64,000 bases of DNA from Octopus sinensis. Taxonomy: Eukaryota. The translations under genes were made by a program, and so were the position numbers. How positions within the stretch are numbered: position 1 is the first letter of the stretch; every line of letters starts with the position of its first letter. Under the pieces are notes generated by a model that searched no databases, was not told where the DNA came from, and was given only the letters and a program-made list of their open reading frames with translations. Of the stretch, positions 37,418 to 51,297 are shown piece by piece. The stretch covers positions 18,414,001 to 18,478,000 of the forward strand of contig NC_043013.1 of NCBI RefSeq assembly GCF_006345805.1, given 5' to 3'.

Positions 37418-38574
37418 TTTAATTCACTGTAAGACAGCGTTTTTTTAATATTGCGGAATAAAGTTTCCTGATTGTCTTTTTTCTATCTCTTATACACCGG
37501 GCTACATTCCAGTGACATACCAATGAAACACTTTTCTGTAATCTGTTGTGTCTGGGGGGAGTCATTTTCTTTTTGTGCCTTATTATTTAACACACTCACC
37601 GGTAAAATTTCCACTTTTTTTCTTATTTTTATTGTTCTAAAATTAAGGCACAAAAAGAAAATGACTCTCCTCAGACACAACAGAATATGCTTCAACACAC
37701 GAACTCATATAAAGAATCTTGCAAACCAAATCCAAAAACTTTTCTGTAAATTATGAATGCAATCCAACATAAGTTAAATTACGTTGATTCCTGTGTCCGT
37801 TCATATTTGTTGAGTGTTTTTCAAGAAACGGAAGGCTGAAGAAAAGTGGTTTTAATTTATTTACGTCAATTGCATTTTCTTTCAGCTAAAGTATTCCCCA
37901 TCTCCAGACTTTGTGAAAAATGGATACTTTTTAATGAAATTTTCTACAAATGCGTTCCGGATGGTGTAGATTATCATTATGACGTATTTTGATATGAAAA
38001 TGTTTTGTGAGGGACGGGAGAGGAGTTTCGGACAAGTCTCACGCCACGTCTTGTTTTTCTCATAATCTTCATGTCTTGATGATTTAGATTACAAGTAGGT
38101 GGAAAAAATTACCTTTGAGAATTATTCCACCATTTCCCTTCTGGAATTTGTCAATTAAATATTTCTAATAAAATGAAATTTTCCTTAGATACCGGAATAA
38201 TTAAAACAAAATCTGAAACGAATTTGTTAGTTTGGATGTTTGATATGTTATAACCCTTAAATATACCCACATAATTCATGCAATTTTTATCATAATAAAA
38301 AAAACCCACATAGAGGACACTTTCGAGTTTGTTTAAAAGAACGAGATTAACGTGGCTAATTTAAGTCAATATAATACCTGATTTCTTCATAAATTGCAGC
38401 GCTGTGCTTGCTATTATTGTAAATTTATTTTTGAGCGAATGCTTTTAAACAAATAAAGGATATAAAAGGAAATTTCACGTTGAAAAATTACACAAATTGA
38501 GAATCAAGTGGGTAAATATCATTTAGCGACTAGCAGAAAACCACCCGGGAGCAATCTTTCTGCTTGTAACAAAA

Positions 38575-38633
38575 AGAAGAAGAAGAAGAAGAAGAAGAAG
38601 AAGAAGAAGAAGAGAAGAAGAAGAAGAAGAAGA

Positions 38634-38720
<87 letters not shown>
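38575..38720. repeat. (GAA)n(CAA)n(TAA)n compound array
   Basis: Direct reading. Confidence 0.95.
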
Positions 38721-38721
<1 letters not shown>

Positions 38722-38734
38722 CCTAACTATAAAG

Positions 38735-39355
38735 TCGATCTATTGATCAACATGAGTATTCTTTGTGCTCATAATATCTTGGCAAAAGTATTTGACAAGC
38801 TCAGAAAATATAAAGATTTGCTCATTGAAATAAAAAAAAAAATGTGGCATCTCAAGGCGGTTACAATACCAGTGAATGGATAAGAAACTAGAAAATAATA
38901 AACCAAACATAACATTGATAAACAAGGTAAAGTGAAGTTGTTTACTTATTGACCCATCATGTCCGTTTGATTCCAGGATTGTAAAGAAAGAATATGAAAA
39001 ATTGGAAAATACAATCACCACCAAAATTTGAAATTGCGAGAATTTGGAATTTGAAAACAGTAAATGTTGTGCATTAGGAATTGTCAATAAGGATATAGAT
39101 AAATGGTTGAAGGAGATTGGAGAAGCATGTCCTGTGGAGCTTCTACAGAACGTTTACCTCTTAGGGAGAGGAAAGATTATCAGAAGAGTTTTGCACACTT
39201 GAAAGATTATTGAAAGCTTAAGGATACCTAAGAGTACAGGTAGTAACCCGATACTCCCATAAATTATACAAGGAATAAGAACAAACCTTAGTAAAATCTA
39301 CTACTACTACTACTACTACTACTACTATACTACTACTACTACTACTACTACTACT
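38735..39355 (+). mobile_element. R4/Dong-like LINE C-terminal (REL endonuclease) fragments
   Basis: KLRKYKDLLIEIK..MWHLKAVTIPV, then ALGIVNKDIDKWLKEIG...LLGRGKIIRRVLHT*, and a (TAC)n tail. Confidence 0.75.
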
Positions 39356-39359
39356 AATG

Positions 39360-39505
39360 ATAATCGACCCCCGTGTTCAACTGGTACTTATGGTATCGAC
39401 CCCGAATGGATGAAAGGTAAAGTCAACCTCAGCGGAATTTGAACTCAGAACGTAGCGAAGAGCGAAACACCGCTAAGCATTTTGTCCGGCGTGCTAATGA
39501 TTCTG
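39360..39505 (-). mobile_element. SINE family A fragment
   Basis: Reverse complement of the family body. Confidence 0.85.
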
Positions 39506-40077
39506 GTACTGATGCAGTACCAGACAGTGGCTCTCATGGCTTCTGATCTTAGCTGACTGGAAGTGTTAACATGTACATTGTTTTGTCTTGGTATAAAAGA
39601 TGGGCTTAATATTCTGCTCACTACCATAGATTTGCTTGTTAGTTGTTTGACCTTAACCATTTGAGCATGTCCGTTTGTGGCTGACGATATGTGCATCTCC
39701 GATCACGTGCAGAAGTAGTGGGGGAGCATCATAGCCATGTGTTGAGAGGAATTCTTTAGAGTTTGGATAATTCACCTCTGGAAACATGGGTGTTTCGTTC
39801 AACATCCTTAAACAACCCTTATTCGGGACGTTTTGAGCGGGATGGACTACTCGACCTGAAGAAAATTGGAACTGGGTCCCACCCGCAAGGTCATGCGTTG
39901 TTCATCTTGATATGAGATTACCATGTCGCGCACATATGGTTGTGATGCATGTGCCTGGTGTACCCTTATCAGACGGGTAGTCATGATGGGTATACTAGGC
40001 TTCGTATATTTTACCCCAGTGTCACTTTGATGGCATGCACTGCTCTCTCACCCAATAATAATAATAATAATAATATA

Positions 40078-40136
<59 letters not shown>

Positions 40137-40164
40137 AATTATAACTAAAACAATGATAAAAATA

Positions 40165-41770
40165 ATCAACCAGCTCTTGTATATGGATGATTTTAAACTG
40201 TATGCTGCAAATGTAAACAACTAGAAACCTTACTACAGACTGTACATGGATTTACCAAAGAAATAAACAAGAAATTTGGTTTAGAAAAATGTGCCAAAGC
40301 AACTGTGAAAAGAGGAAAACTAATTAAGAGTAACAGCATCACACTAAATAAAGCAAATGAAATAAGAGAATTAGACCAAAGCCAGACATACAGATACTCA
40401 GGAATCAATGAACTAGATACGATACAACATACACAAATGAAAGAGATGATAAGAAAGGAATATTATAGACAAGTAAGATTAATACTGAAAACAGAACTCA
40501 ATGTGAAAAACAAGATAATAGGTATCAACACTCTAGCTGTCACAGTTATAAGTTACAGCCACAATATTCTTAACTGGACTCTAAATGAACTAATCAAAAT
40601 AGAGAGTAAAACGAGAAAAATAATGACAGGATTCAGGATGAAAGGGTATACATACAGCGACATATACACCGTATTGGTAGAGGTCTTATTTTGCTAGAAA
40701 GCTATTACAAAATAACCACTATAGAATTACAGAAATACCTACTTCAGAAGCAAGGAAAAGTGATATAAATAGCCACAAAACACGAACAAAACAAAAAACT
40801 GTTTTCAGCTTTAACGAAGCTAACAAATACAAAAAATAAATCACAGTACCTAATAACTATGAAAAAGAAAATAAATGCTGTAAAACAACAGAAATCTAAA
40901 CTAAAACTGGAACAGCAACGGATCATAATAAAACGAAGGCAAAAATTCCCTTACATGGGAAATATTGGGTTAAACTAAACAGAAAAGAAATGAACAAAGC
41001 AAAATTCCAGCGATGGCGAAGAAGCTCAGAATTCGAAGCAAAGACTGAAGGATTTTTAAATGCAGCACAAGATTAAAACCTTTCCACCAGAAATTACCAA
41101 AAATACACAGTGAAGAGAAATACAAGTAACTGCAGAATATGTGGTGATGGAGAAGAAACAATAAATCGTATTGTCTTTGGATGTCCAGTCCTGGCTAAGA
41201 AGAAATATATTCGCTGGCTCGACAGAGTTGGAACTTATATACACTGGAAACTATGCCAACACTATGAAATAACAACATAAAAAAGATGGTATAGGCAGAT
41301 GCCTGAAAAGGTCACCGAAAATTAGAAAGCAATCATACTCTGGGATATGCCAATACACACATATAAAGAAATTAAGGCCTACAGGCTGGATATAGTTGTC
41401 AGAGATCACCAAGTAAACAAATTCTTTATAATCGATATTGCCAACAGGTGACAAAGATTTGGAAATAGAGTTAACTCTAATGTGGAGCCTAAAAGCAGAA
41501 ACAATTCCTATTAGGTATATTAAAATAACATTGAGACAAAATGCATAACAAAAACTCCAGGACTTACAGGTATATATAACATGCAGAAAATAGCACTACT
41601 AGGTACCGCACACATCCTACGTAAAGCACTTTCAATACAGTGAAAACAAGAGCACCACAACAAACCACAGCACATCCTCAAGGCACACATACCTGCGTTC
41701 GGTAGTGCAGTGAAAGCACGTGATAAAAATAAGACTACTGAATAAAAATAACAATGATGATGATGATGAT
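40165..41770 (+). mobile_element. 5'-truncated R4/Dong-like LINE (RT to REL endonuclease, plus 3' UTR)
   Basis: LLYMDDFKLYA, FGLEKCA, EYYRQVRLILKTELN, KTEGFLNAAQD, CRICGDGEETINRIVFGCP (zinc knuckle), ILWDMPIHT...LDIVV, KIALLGTAHILRKAL; several stops and frameshifts. Confidence 0.92.
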
Positions 41771-41914
41771 TTCTTTTAAAGGTGACAAGGGCGCAAGACA
41801 CCTTGAACTACATCAAAAGATGAAATACGAGTGACGTTCGCGCCGATCAAAAGTATAATAATGATAATGGAGACGGTAATGATGATGATGATGATGAGGA
41901 TGAAGATGATAATA

Positions 41915-41957
<43 letters not shown>

Positions 41958-42557
41958 TAATAATGATGATGATCATGATGATTTTAATTTTAATTGATAA
42001 ATTCTGTTTCTAAAGATAAAAATGGAATTTATTCCCTTGGTTGGCAGAGTAACAAATGATAATGTTTTATAATTAAACAACCCTAGAAATCTCTTTTGAA
42101 GATGGCGCTTGTATTTCTGTATATCACTTCTGCCTTTTAGCTCTGTTTCCGTTTCTTCATTTGAATTTCGTGTTTCACGGGTAATGTTTCAAAATTTTGT
42201 TGTTAAAGGCAGCTGAAGATTTGACTGTATGTTCTAATTAATAGTGTTCAAAGGAACCTTTTCTTGGTTACCCAACCTTCCAGAAAAAAAGCCTCAATAC
42301 ACTCTCGGCTTAAAAGACTATAAGGTGATACGCAATATTTGAAAAAAAAAAAGACGAACTGATCACGGCTAGGACTACTTTAAACATTGATCCTACCATT
42401 GCGAGTTGACACTCTAGACAACTGCCACACACACACACACACACACAAATACACACACACACTTTATCTTTTACTTCAGTCAGTGAATTGCAAGCATGCT
42501 GGAATACCGTCCTGGGAGGGTTTAGTCGAGCAAATCGACCCCAGGCTTTTTTTTGCT

Positions 42558-42928
42558 TAAAGCCTGACACCTCTTCTATCGGTCTCTCTTGGCGAACCGC
42601 TAATTTGTGGTGACGTAAACAAATCAGGTGATGAGGGACAAACGCAAACACACATACATCGATATACGTATATGCATATATATATATCATCCTGAAGAAT
42701 TCCTAGTCGAATGAATCGACCACATTACTTATTTTTTGCTAAAGCCTGACACCTCTTCTATCGGTCTCTCTTGGCGAACCGCTAATTTGTGGTGACGTAA
42801 ACAAATCAGGTGATGAGGGACAAACGCAAACACACATACATCGATATACGTATATGCATATATATATATCATCCTGAAGAATTCCTAGTCGAATGAATCG
42901 ACCACATTACTTATTTTTTGCTAAAGCC
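42558..42928. repeat. Perfect 182-bp tandem duplication within decayed SINE B sequence
   Basis: taaagcc recurs at 42558, 42740 and 42922; the two units look identical by eye. Confidence 0.9.
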
Positions 42929-43155
42929 AGGTACTTATTTCGTAGGTCTCTTTGCCGAACCTCTAAGTTACGGGGACGTTAACACATCAACATGTGTGTG
43001 TGTGTGTGTGTGTGTATCTGTCCCCTTGAACACTTGTAAGACATGAAAAAAAGTTGATTGTGAGTAAATACTTGTGTCTAAACTGGAGTTTTCTATTGCT
43101 TTTCCTTATTAAAATATTGCGTAATAAAATCATGGCTACAACAGGTATTAATCTA

Positions 43156-43284
43156 CAGGGTGATTCAAAAGTCACCATATATAGGAAAATTTTATTTTTT
43201 CTTAAGAAACAGTTACATAAAAAAATCTGTTTCTTATAAAAGCAATAAATTGTTCTTATGTATGGCGACTTTTGAATCACCCTG
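43156..43284. mobile_element. 129-bp Tc1/mariner MITE
   Basis: TIRs cagggtgattcaaaagtcaccata / tatggcgacttttgaatcaccctg (23/24 match); TA on both sides. Confidence 0.9.
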
Positions 43285-43514
43285 TAAGTATTATTTGAAT
43301 ATAAATAACAGAAATCATAAGCTTTAGCACCATTTATTGCCAGCTTGCTTTTGTTTTAGTTTGATATATTTTCTTATTACAAACAAAAGGGGAAAAAACG
43401 AACGACTATGACACTGGAATATATAAATATTATTTGTGATAATAACAAATGTTACTCAATGAAATTCAATGAAATTCAAATAATAATATAATAATAATAA
43501 TAATATAATAATAA

Positions 43515-43716
43515 TAATTTCTGCTAAAGGCATACGGCCTAAAATTTGGTGGGAGGGGATTAGTCGATTATATCGATCCCGGTGTTCTACTGGTACTTGA
43601 TTTATCGACCCCGAAAGGATGAAAGGCAAAGTCAACCTTGGCAGAATTTGAACTCAGAACGTAGCGGCTAAGCATTTTGCACAGCGTACTAACGATTCTG
43701 CCAGCTCGTCGCCTTC

Positions 43717-43789
<73 letters not shown>

Positions 43790-44020
43790 TGATGATAATA
43801 ATAATAATGGCTTCAAATTTTGCCACAGGGGCAGCAATTTTGGGGGAGGGGATGAGTCGATTGCATTGACCCCAGTGTCCAACTGGTACTTATTTTATCG
43901 ACCTCGAAAGGATGAAAGGTAAAGTCGACCTCGGCGGAATTTGAACTCAGAATGTAGCGACGGAGGAAAGGCTGCTAAGCATTTTGTTCAGTATGTTAAC
44001 GAACCTGCCAGCTGAAGGCG
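43515..44020 (-). mobile_element. Two tandem SINE family A copies separated by (AAT)n
   Basis: Reverse complements of the family head and body. Confidence 0.9.
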
Positions 44021-45179
44021 TTTATAATAATAATAATAATGGTTTCAAACACCCTCTCGGACCTCTCAGTATTGGCCCAAGGGAGAGACAGGATATGCAC
44101 GGGAAGAAGAGTGGTTGGTACTTATTATATATACCTTTGTTTTAAATTTTGGTACAATGAAATCAATTTGGACGAAAGGTACACTAGTACACAGTGAATG
44201 AAAAAGAATTAGTGACAGAACAGGAGGAGGTGAGAGACAGCAAAACGCCAGAAAATTCGGAGGAGGGGGTAAGTAAAGCCTAGTGCTCCCCCCAAATTTC
44301 AGGCCTTGTGCCTATTGTAGAAAGGATTATTTTGTATAATGCGTGTGTTTAATTGGCAAAAGATGACCAACCCCAAGCAAAACAACATCTGTTTCAACAC
44401 ACGATTTCACATCAAGAATCTTGCAAACCAAATACATAAACCTGAAATTTTTTCTCTTTAAATCCAAAATCGATGAAGCATATCCAGCTGTAATTTTCTT
44501 TTCTTAAATGTGACTCCATATATTTACTATAGAGATCAATTCAAGAGCTGGTAATACCATTAGCTTTAAGACAGCTGTTCGTGCTCTTTTTAGAACGGTA
44601 GGGTGCTCCATTCTGTTCGAATACAGTGCATTTATGGATGATCACGGGAGTAAGTAACTTCTTGAGAATACCTAAATACCACCCAGGGATTCTGATTGTG
44701 CTGTGAAAAATTCTCGATACGTAAAAATCTTCCCTTTGTTTCTAGTAAAACATAACTAGCAGATAATTTATTCGTATCTTCACGTCAAAATCATATTGAG
44801 AAAATATTAAATTTCATCAGTGTACTTAGACAATACGGACATACGTATGTGTATGTATATACATAAGTTACAGTGTTTACAAAATGTTTACATTTTAAAC
44901 TTTTGCCTGTATTTCAAAATGGCTTTCATAATCTTGCAAACTGCCGCAATATTTATATACCTCTCTCTAAGTCATTAGAAAAAAAAAACCCAAATAACAT
45001 CGGTTCACTCGTCAAAACTGGTTTTCATTTTCGTTTCATAAATTTATTTATCTATTTACCTGTTTATTCATTCTACCATGCATTGAAATGAATGGCAGGT
45101 CTAGAAAGGTGTTCTACAATCTTAAATATGAAACGTTATATCTATCAAATATTTAATATTCATTTCTCTTGTTATCTCC

Positions 45180-45308
<129 letters not shown>

Positions 45309-45494
45309 CTAAGCAATAAAGGGTTTAGCAACGAATTGCCTTACCACATACCGAATTTAGAAATAGCAGTCAAAGAGTTATAGCTATTTCTTCTACTAAA
45401 AAGGGAGATCTCAGTAAAAACAGCAATTGGAAGGCAGACACAAACAGGTAAGAGAGAATGAATTGACGGTAATCTATCATACAATTTTAAGTTA

Positions 45495-45605
45495 TCTACG
45501 GACGCACGTTTCGAAATCAAGTTTTTAGGAAAGCATAAGAATTAAATATTAAATAATTCTACCTTAATTCTACCTTACCAAAACTTCTTTTCTCTTCAGC
45601 GTAGA
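45495..45605 (-). ncRNA. Type I hammerhead ribozyme motif with a complete core
   Basis: Minus strand: UCUACG-CUGAAGA-GAAAagAAGUUUU...AAAACUUgaUUUC-GAAA-C-gugc-GUC/CGUAGA; perfect 6-bp stem I and long stem II. Confidence 0.8.
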
Positions 45606-45804
45606 ATACTATAATCATAAATGATTATATATTGAATTTTGAGATACTAGAAGGCACCAACTCAACTCAGTATCAGAGCGAGCTAGAATCCGCAACTAGT
45701 ATCACCAAATTCAATGTGTGAATGAAAAGATTGTGTCACCAGCCCCTTCCCACCCGCGTGTAGCCAAAACATATATATATATATATATATCTATATATAT
45801 ATAG

Positions 45805-46547
<743 letters not shown>

Positions 46548-47084
46548 ATTCACAACTCACCAACCAATAGCGTTGCATTCGTCATTTCGTCGCCATCTAC
46601 ATAAAAATACATCCACAGACGCATAAATGAAACATTGCAGGCTCGCTCGATTATTTTTTTTTCAAATATACATTTGTTTTGTTTGTTTATTGTTTGCTTA
46701 TTATTCAGTTTGACACATTTTCAAGGTGTGAACGTGTAGCCATGTGCTTATAGCAAAAAGGTAGCTAATTAAGAACTATTTTCACGCCATTACACATACC
46801 AATGGGCTGATACGACACTTAGACGTTATTATAATAAAAACCATTTCTTTTCTTTATCGTACACTTCTTTCTGGAATAAGCTAAAACATCGAAACACACG
46901 CAAATACACACATTCTAGTAAAGAGCGCACACAGACCGTATTTACATTTCAATAAAATATGCAAATAGAGCATATATTCATTTCAAGGAAAGTTTTCCTT
47001 TTTCTCACTAATTCCTGATTATAATTTCTTGTCGCAGTCGAAACATGTGTGAAGTTATAAAATGAAACTCAAGTTCGTTTGAGT

Positions 47085-47315
47085 GCATGTATGTATGTAT
47101 GTATGTATGTATGTATGTATGTATGTATGTATGTATGTATGTATGTATGTATGTATGTATGTATGTATGTATGTATGTATGTATGTATGCATGCATGCAA
47201 GCATGTATGTATGTATGTATGTATGTATGTATCTATGTATGCATGTATGTATGTATGTATGTATGTATGTATGTATGTATGTATGTATGTATGTATGTAT
47301 GTATGTATATATATA
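47085..47315. repeat. (TATG)n array
   Basis: Direct reading. Confidence 0.95.
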
Positions 47316-47329
47316 ATGTGATCGCGCTG

Positions 47330-47540
47330 TGTACCGTTGGCGATTTTTTTCCTCCGTCTTCCCTTCCTTGGACCTTTCCTTTTCCTATGTTTCTGACGAA
47401 GAGCTCCGCCCGAAACGTTAAATCCTCCTTCTTTCATTCCTTTCCTGAGCGTCCAATATCACTATACTTGTTTCACGTCCTCGCGTTGTTGTGTTTTCTC
47501 TTTGTGTATTTCATGTTTGGATTAACTTTATATATTTATA
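47330..47540 (+). mobile_element. Short TA-flanked repeat with a minimal hammerhead-like core, probably a Penelope-like terminus
   Basis: ctgacgaagagctccgcccgaaacgtta; same family as 27626-27810 and 55305-55505. Confidence 0.55.
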
Positions 47541-47548
47541 CATATATA

Positions 47549-47764
47549 CGAGGGAGTGCTGAATACTTCCTGGCTTTGGGTAAAAGAATATAATGGAACA
47601 TCAATTAATTATGACTTTATCCAACATATTCTCCTCTCACATTCACACGCTTATTGCAGTGATCCTTCAGGTTTTCTAAGCCCTGTAAAAGAACTCGGAA
47701 GTCTGGGCCTCCAGCCAGTCTTTTCGCGATATCTTTAAAACCACCAACTTTGCAACACTCTTCG
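47549..47764. mobile_element. Mariner-like MITE (TACGAGGG-type ends)
   Basis: ta|cgagggagtgctgaa ... ttgcaacactcttcg|ta; related copy at about 58540-58689. Confidence 0.7.
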
Positions 47765-47842
<78 letters not shown>

Positions 47843-47843
47843 A

Positions 47844-48699
47844 CACAGGGTGCATCTAAATTACGCAAAAATGAAAATATCACTGACATCTCATTTTCAG
47901 ATATATTTACTATAATTACATGAAAATATCTTGAAATACTAAAGAGTAAATTTATTCAATAAAATCGCCATTGACTTCAACCAAGGGCCTCCAGACGACT
48001 TCGGAATCTCCTGCCACTCTTCTGGACGGTCTTCTTGCTTAAGTTGGTGAATGCGGCCATAATCCTTTCCTTCAGTTCATCTTTGGTGTTACAAGGAGTT
48101 TTGTTGGTCTCTCGCTCAACTGCACCCCACACTAAATAATCAAGGGGATTGCAGTCTGGGAAGTTAAGTGGCCAGATGTTAGGGGTGATGTGATCGCAGA
48201 AATTTTCTGACTGCCATGACTGAGTTCTCCTGGTGCAGAGTCCTGTTGCTAGACATAGGGTCTTCCAGCAGGAGCCCTCTTGACCAAGTTCAGCATTACC
48301 TTCTCCGTGTACTTGATGTAGGTCTCTGTGTTGAGTGTGAGGCCGTGTGGGAAGATAAATGGAGGCATAACGTCGCCATCACTAGTGATCACTCCAAACA
48401 CCATGATCTTGACTGGATTTTTGATTTTTATCACTCTCAGTGTGTTTTGCGGACACGATAAGCCAACGGTTGTTCTGTGTGTTCACCATCTCTTCGTATT
48501 GGAGCTTCCAGCGCGAATGCCAAGCAGTACAGCATGTCGATTCCAGATTTTTGGCTGCGTGAATTGCGTTGTGGTGCCGTTTTTCTCACAGACGGTGCCC
48601 GACTGTCTCTACTATACTGTGCAGTCGACAAAATCAAAAATAAGCAATGCGCTTGCGCGAAATTAAAAATTGAAAATGGTGAAAATTTACCCATCGCAG

Positions 48700-48700
<1 letters not shown>
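47844..48700 (-). pseudogene. Internally deleted DD37D/maT-like (Tc1-mariner) transposon
   Basis: WNRHAVLLGIRAG, NTQNNRWL, KIMVFGVITSDGDVMPPFIF, QQDSAP, IWPLNFPDCNPLDYLVWGAVE, LVEVNGDFIE*; end ta|cacagggtg. Confidence 0.85.
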
Positions 48701-48740
<40 letters not shown>

Positions 48741-48759
48741 TATATATATATAAAATATC

Positions 48760-48812
<53 letters not shown>

Positions 48813-49352
48813 AAACAAGCGTATTTATTCACACATACACACACACACATATATATATATATTGTGTGTGTGTGTGTGTGTGAGTGAGTGTATGTATTTT
48901 GTGCGTATATGGGGAGAGAGAAGGAGAAATAGAAATAAAGGAGAGCTAGAAAGAGGGCGGGGCCCTCAATATGTTTGGCAACCGCTTCACTTATCCAGTG
49001 TACACTTATATTGAGCACACACACACACACACGCGCGCGCGCACACACACATACAGACACGCTATTTGATCGATGCAATATGCTTGAAATATAAAGACAG
49101 AAGCCTCACGGCTTCAATGTTTTTGTCTGGGTTAAACTTGGGCTTAAATAAAACGATTACAACAATGAAACGACACTTTAAAACACATGGTTCTTGTTGT
49201 ACTTTACACTTTCTATTGAAGGGAACGTATAATACCACGCATGTTTTCACACGAAACGACTCTCTAACCTTCAAAATAGGGAGAAGGTTTTATAGTTTAG
49301 ATCTGAAATATGAACTTTAAACGCTGTAGTGTACGTGAAGTTGTTAGCATGG

Positions 49353-50090
49353 AGTACCTTATATTCCCAATCACCTTATATAACCAGCTGCCTTACATAA
49401 CCAGTTGCCTTGTATATCCAGTTGCCTTATATACCTAGTTGCCTTATATATTCAGTTGCCTTATATATTCAGTTGCCTTACATATCCAGTTGCCTTACAT
49501 ATCCAGTTGCCTTATATATTCAGTTGCCTTACATATCAAGTTGCCTTATATATTCAGTTGCCTTACATATCCAATTGCCTTATATATTCAGTTGCCTTAT
49601 ATTGCCAACTGCCTTAAAACTCAGTCGTCATATATACATCAATCATGTTATATATCCAGTTGCCACATACACCTAATTGCCTTACATACTCAATCGCCTT
49701 ATATACCCTGTTGCTTTATATACCCTTCCGCCTTATATCCCCAGTCACTTTATAAACCCACTCATGTCTATATAACTAGTCTTCTTATATAACTTCTCTT
49801 CTTATATAACCAGTTGCCTTATATACCCAGTTGTCTTATATACCCGACCACCTTAAATAGTCTGCCACCTTTTATACCCAATAGCCTTGTATACTCAATT
49901 ATGTTATATAGCTAGTCGTTTTATATACTCATTTCCCTTGTATACCCAGTCACCTTATATATCGCTATGCCATATCTACTCAGCCGTCATAAATATCTAG
50001 TCACGTTATATACACCCCAGTCGTTTTATTTACCCAGTCATCTTATATACTCAGACTACTTATATACCGTGGGGCCTTATGTATCTAGTT
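49353..50090. repeat. 17-bp minisatellite (cagttgccttatatatt), roughly 40 units
   Basis: Direct reading; most homogeneous at 49410-49600. Confidence 0.9.
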
Positions 50091-50622
50091 TTCTAATAAG
50101 CTGATATATATAATGCAGCTGTTTGTAAATTAGCGTACATTTTAAAATTTTAAGGAAGCGGGTGTATATCGATTAAATCGATTTTCCATTTCAACACTGA
50201 TTCTTTATTTTAGTGTGGGAAGCCCCTGGAAAGATGGAAAACCAAACTCGTTCTAAGCGCTGTTTGAACTCGGATTGAAAGGGGTCACAGTTATGTACCG
50301 CAACATGTTTTGTCAACAGATTTACTTCTTTTGATAATACTGTATCACAAAATTTCAATTTTTTTTTGTCTTTGGTCAGTAAGTGTTACTCCCTATTTGA
50401 TTCTATCAAGAAATCACAGAAAATGACTACTATGCCTTTCAAACTTTTATTTATGACCTGGACACCAACGTTTTGAAACTGAACTATTTCCCATTACATT
50501 GATGATGGACAAATGGGCGTAAATTAATAGAATTAATAGATTGATGGACAAAATGGTGGTAGATTAACAAAATTAATGGAATGATGGACAAAATAACGCA
50601 GGATTAACAAAATTAATAAACT

Positions 50623-51015
50623 AGGCGCAGGAGTGGCTGTGTGGTAAGCAGCTTGTTTACCAACCACATGGTTCCGGGTTCAGTCCCACTGCGTGGCACT
50701 TTGGGCAAGTGTCTTCTACTATAGCCTCGGCCGCCCAAAGCCTGTGTGAGTGGATTTGGTAGACGGAAGCTGAAAGAAGCCCGTCGTATATATGTATATA
50801 TATATATATATAATATATATATATATATATAATATATATATATATATATTATATATTATATATAATAATATTATATATATGTTATATGTATATATAATAA
50901 TATATAATAAAATATATATATATATTGTATATATATTATAATATATATAATATATAAATATATATGTATATATGTATATATATATATATATATATTATAT
51001 ATATTATGTATATAT

Positions 51016-51104
<89 letters not shown>

Positions 51105-51297
51105 GTGTGTTTGTGTGAGTGTGTTTGTCCCCCTAGCATTGCTTGACAACCGATGCTGGTGTGTTTATGTCCCCGTTACTTAGCGGTTCGGCAAAAGAGA
51201 CCGATAGAATAAGTACTGGGCTTACAAAAGAATAAGTCCCGGGGTCGGGTTGCTCGATTAAAGGCGGTGCTCCAGCATGGCAGCAGTCAAATGACTG
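50623..51297 (+). mobile_element. SINE family B with about 320 bp of internal TA expansion, inserted in a minisatellite
   Basis: Complete head, core and tail; gatggacaaa...gattaacaaaattaat units on both sides. Confidence 0.92.

Noticed and set aside
44770-44825. Minus-strand CTGATGA with a possible stem II
   Set aside because: It is followed by GACG rather than GAAA, with no stem III or cleavage triplet
49353-50090. CRISPR-like array (also considered for 21261-21456)
   Set aside because: The units are contiguous with no unique spacers, the context is eukaryotic, and there are no cas genes
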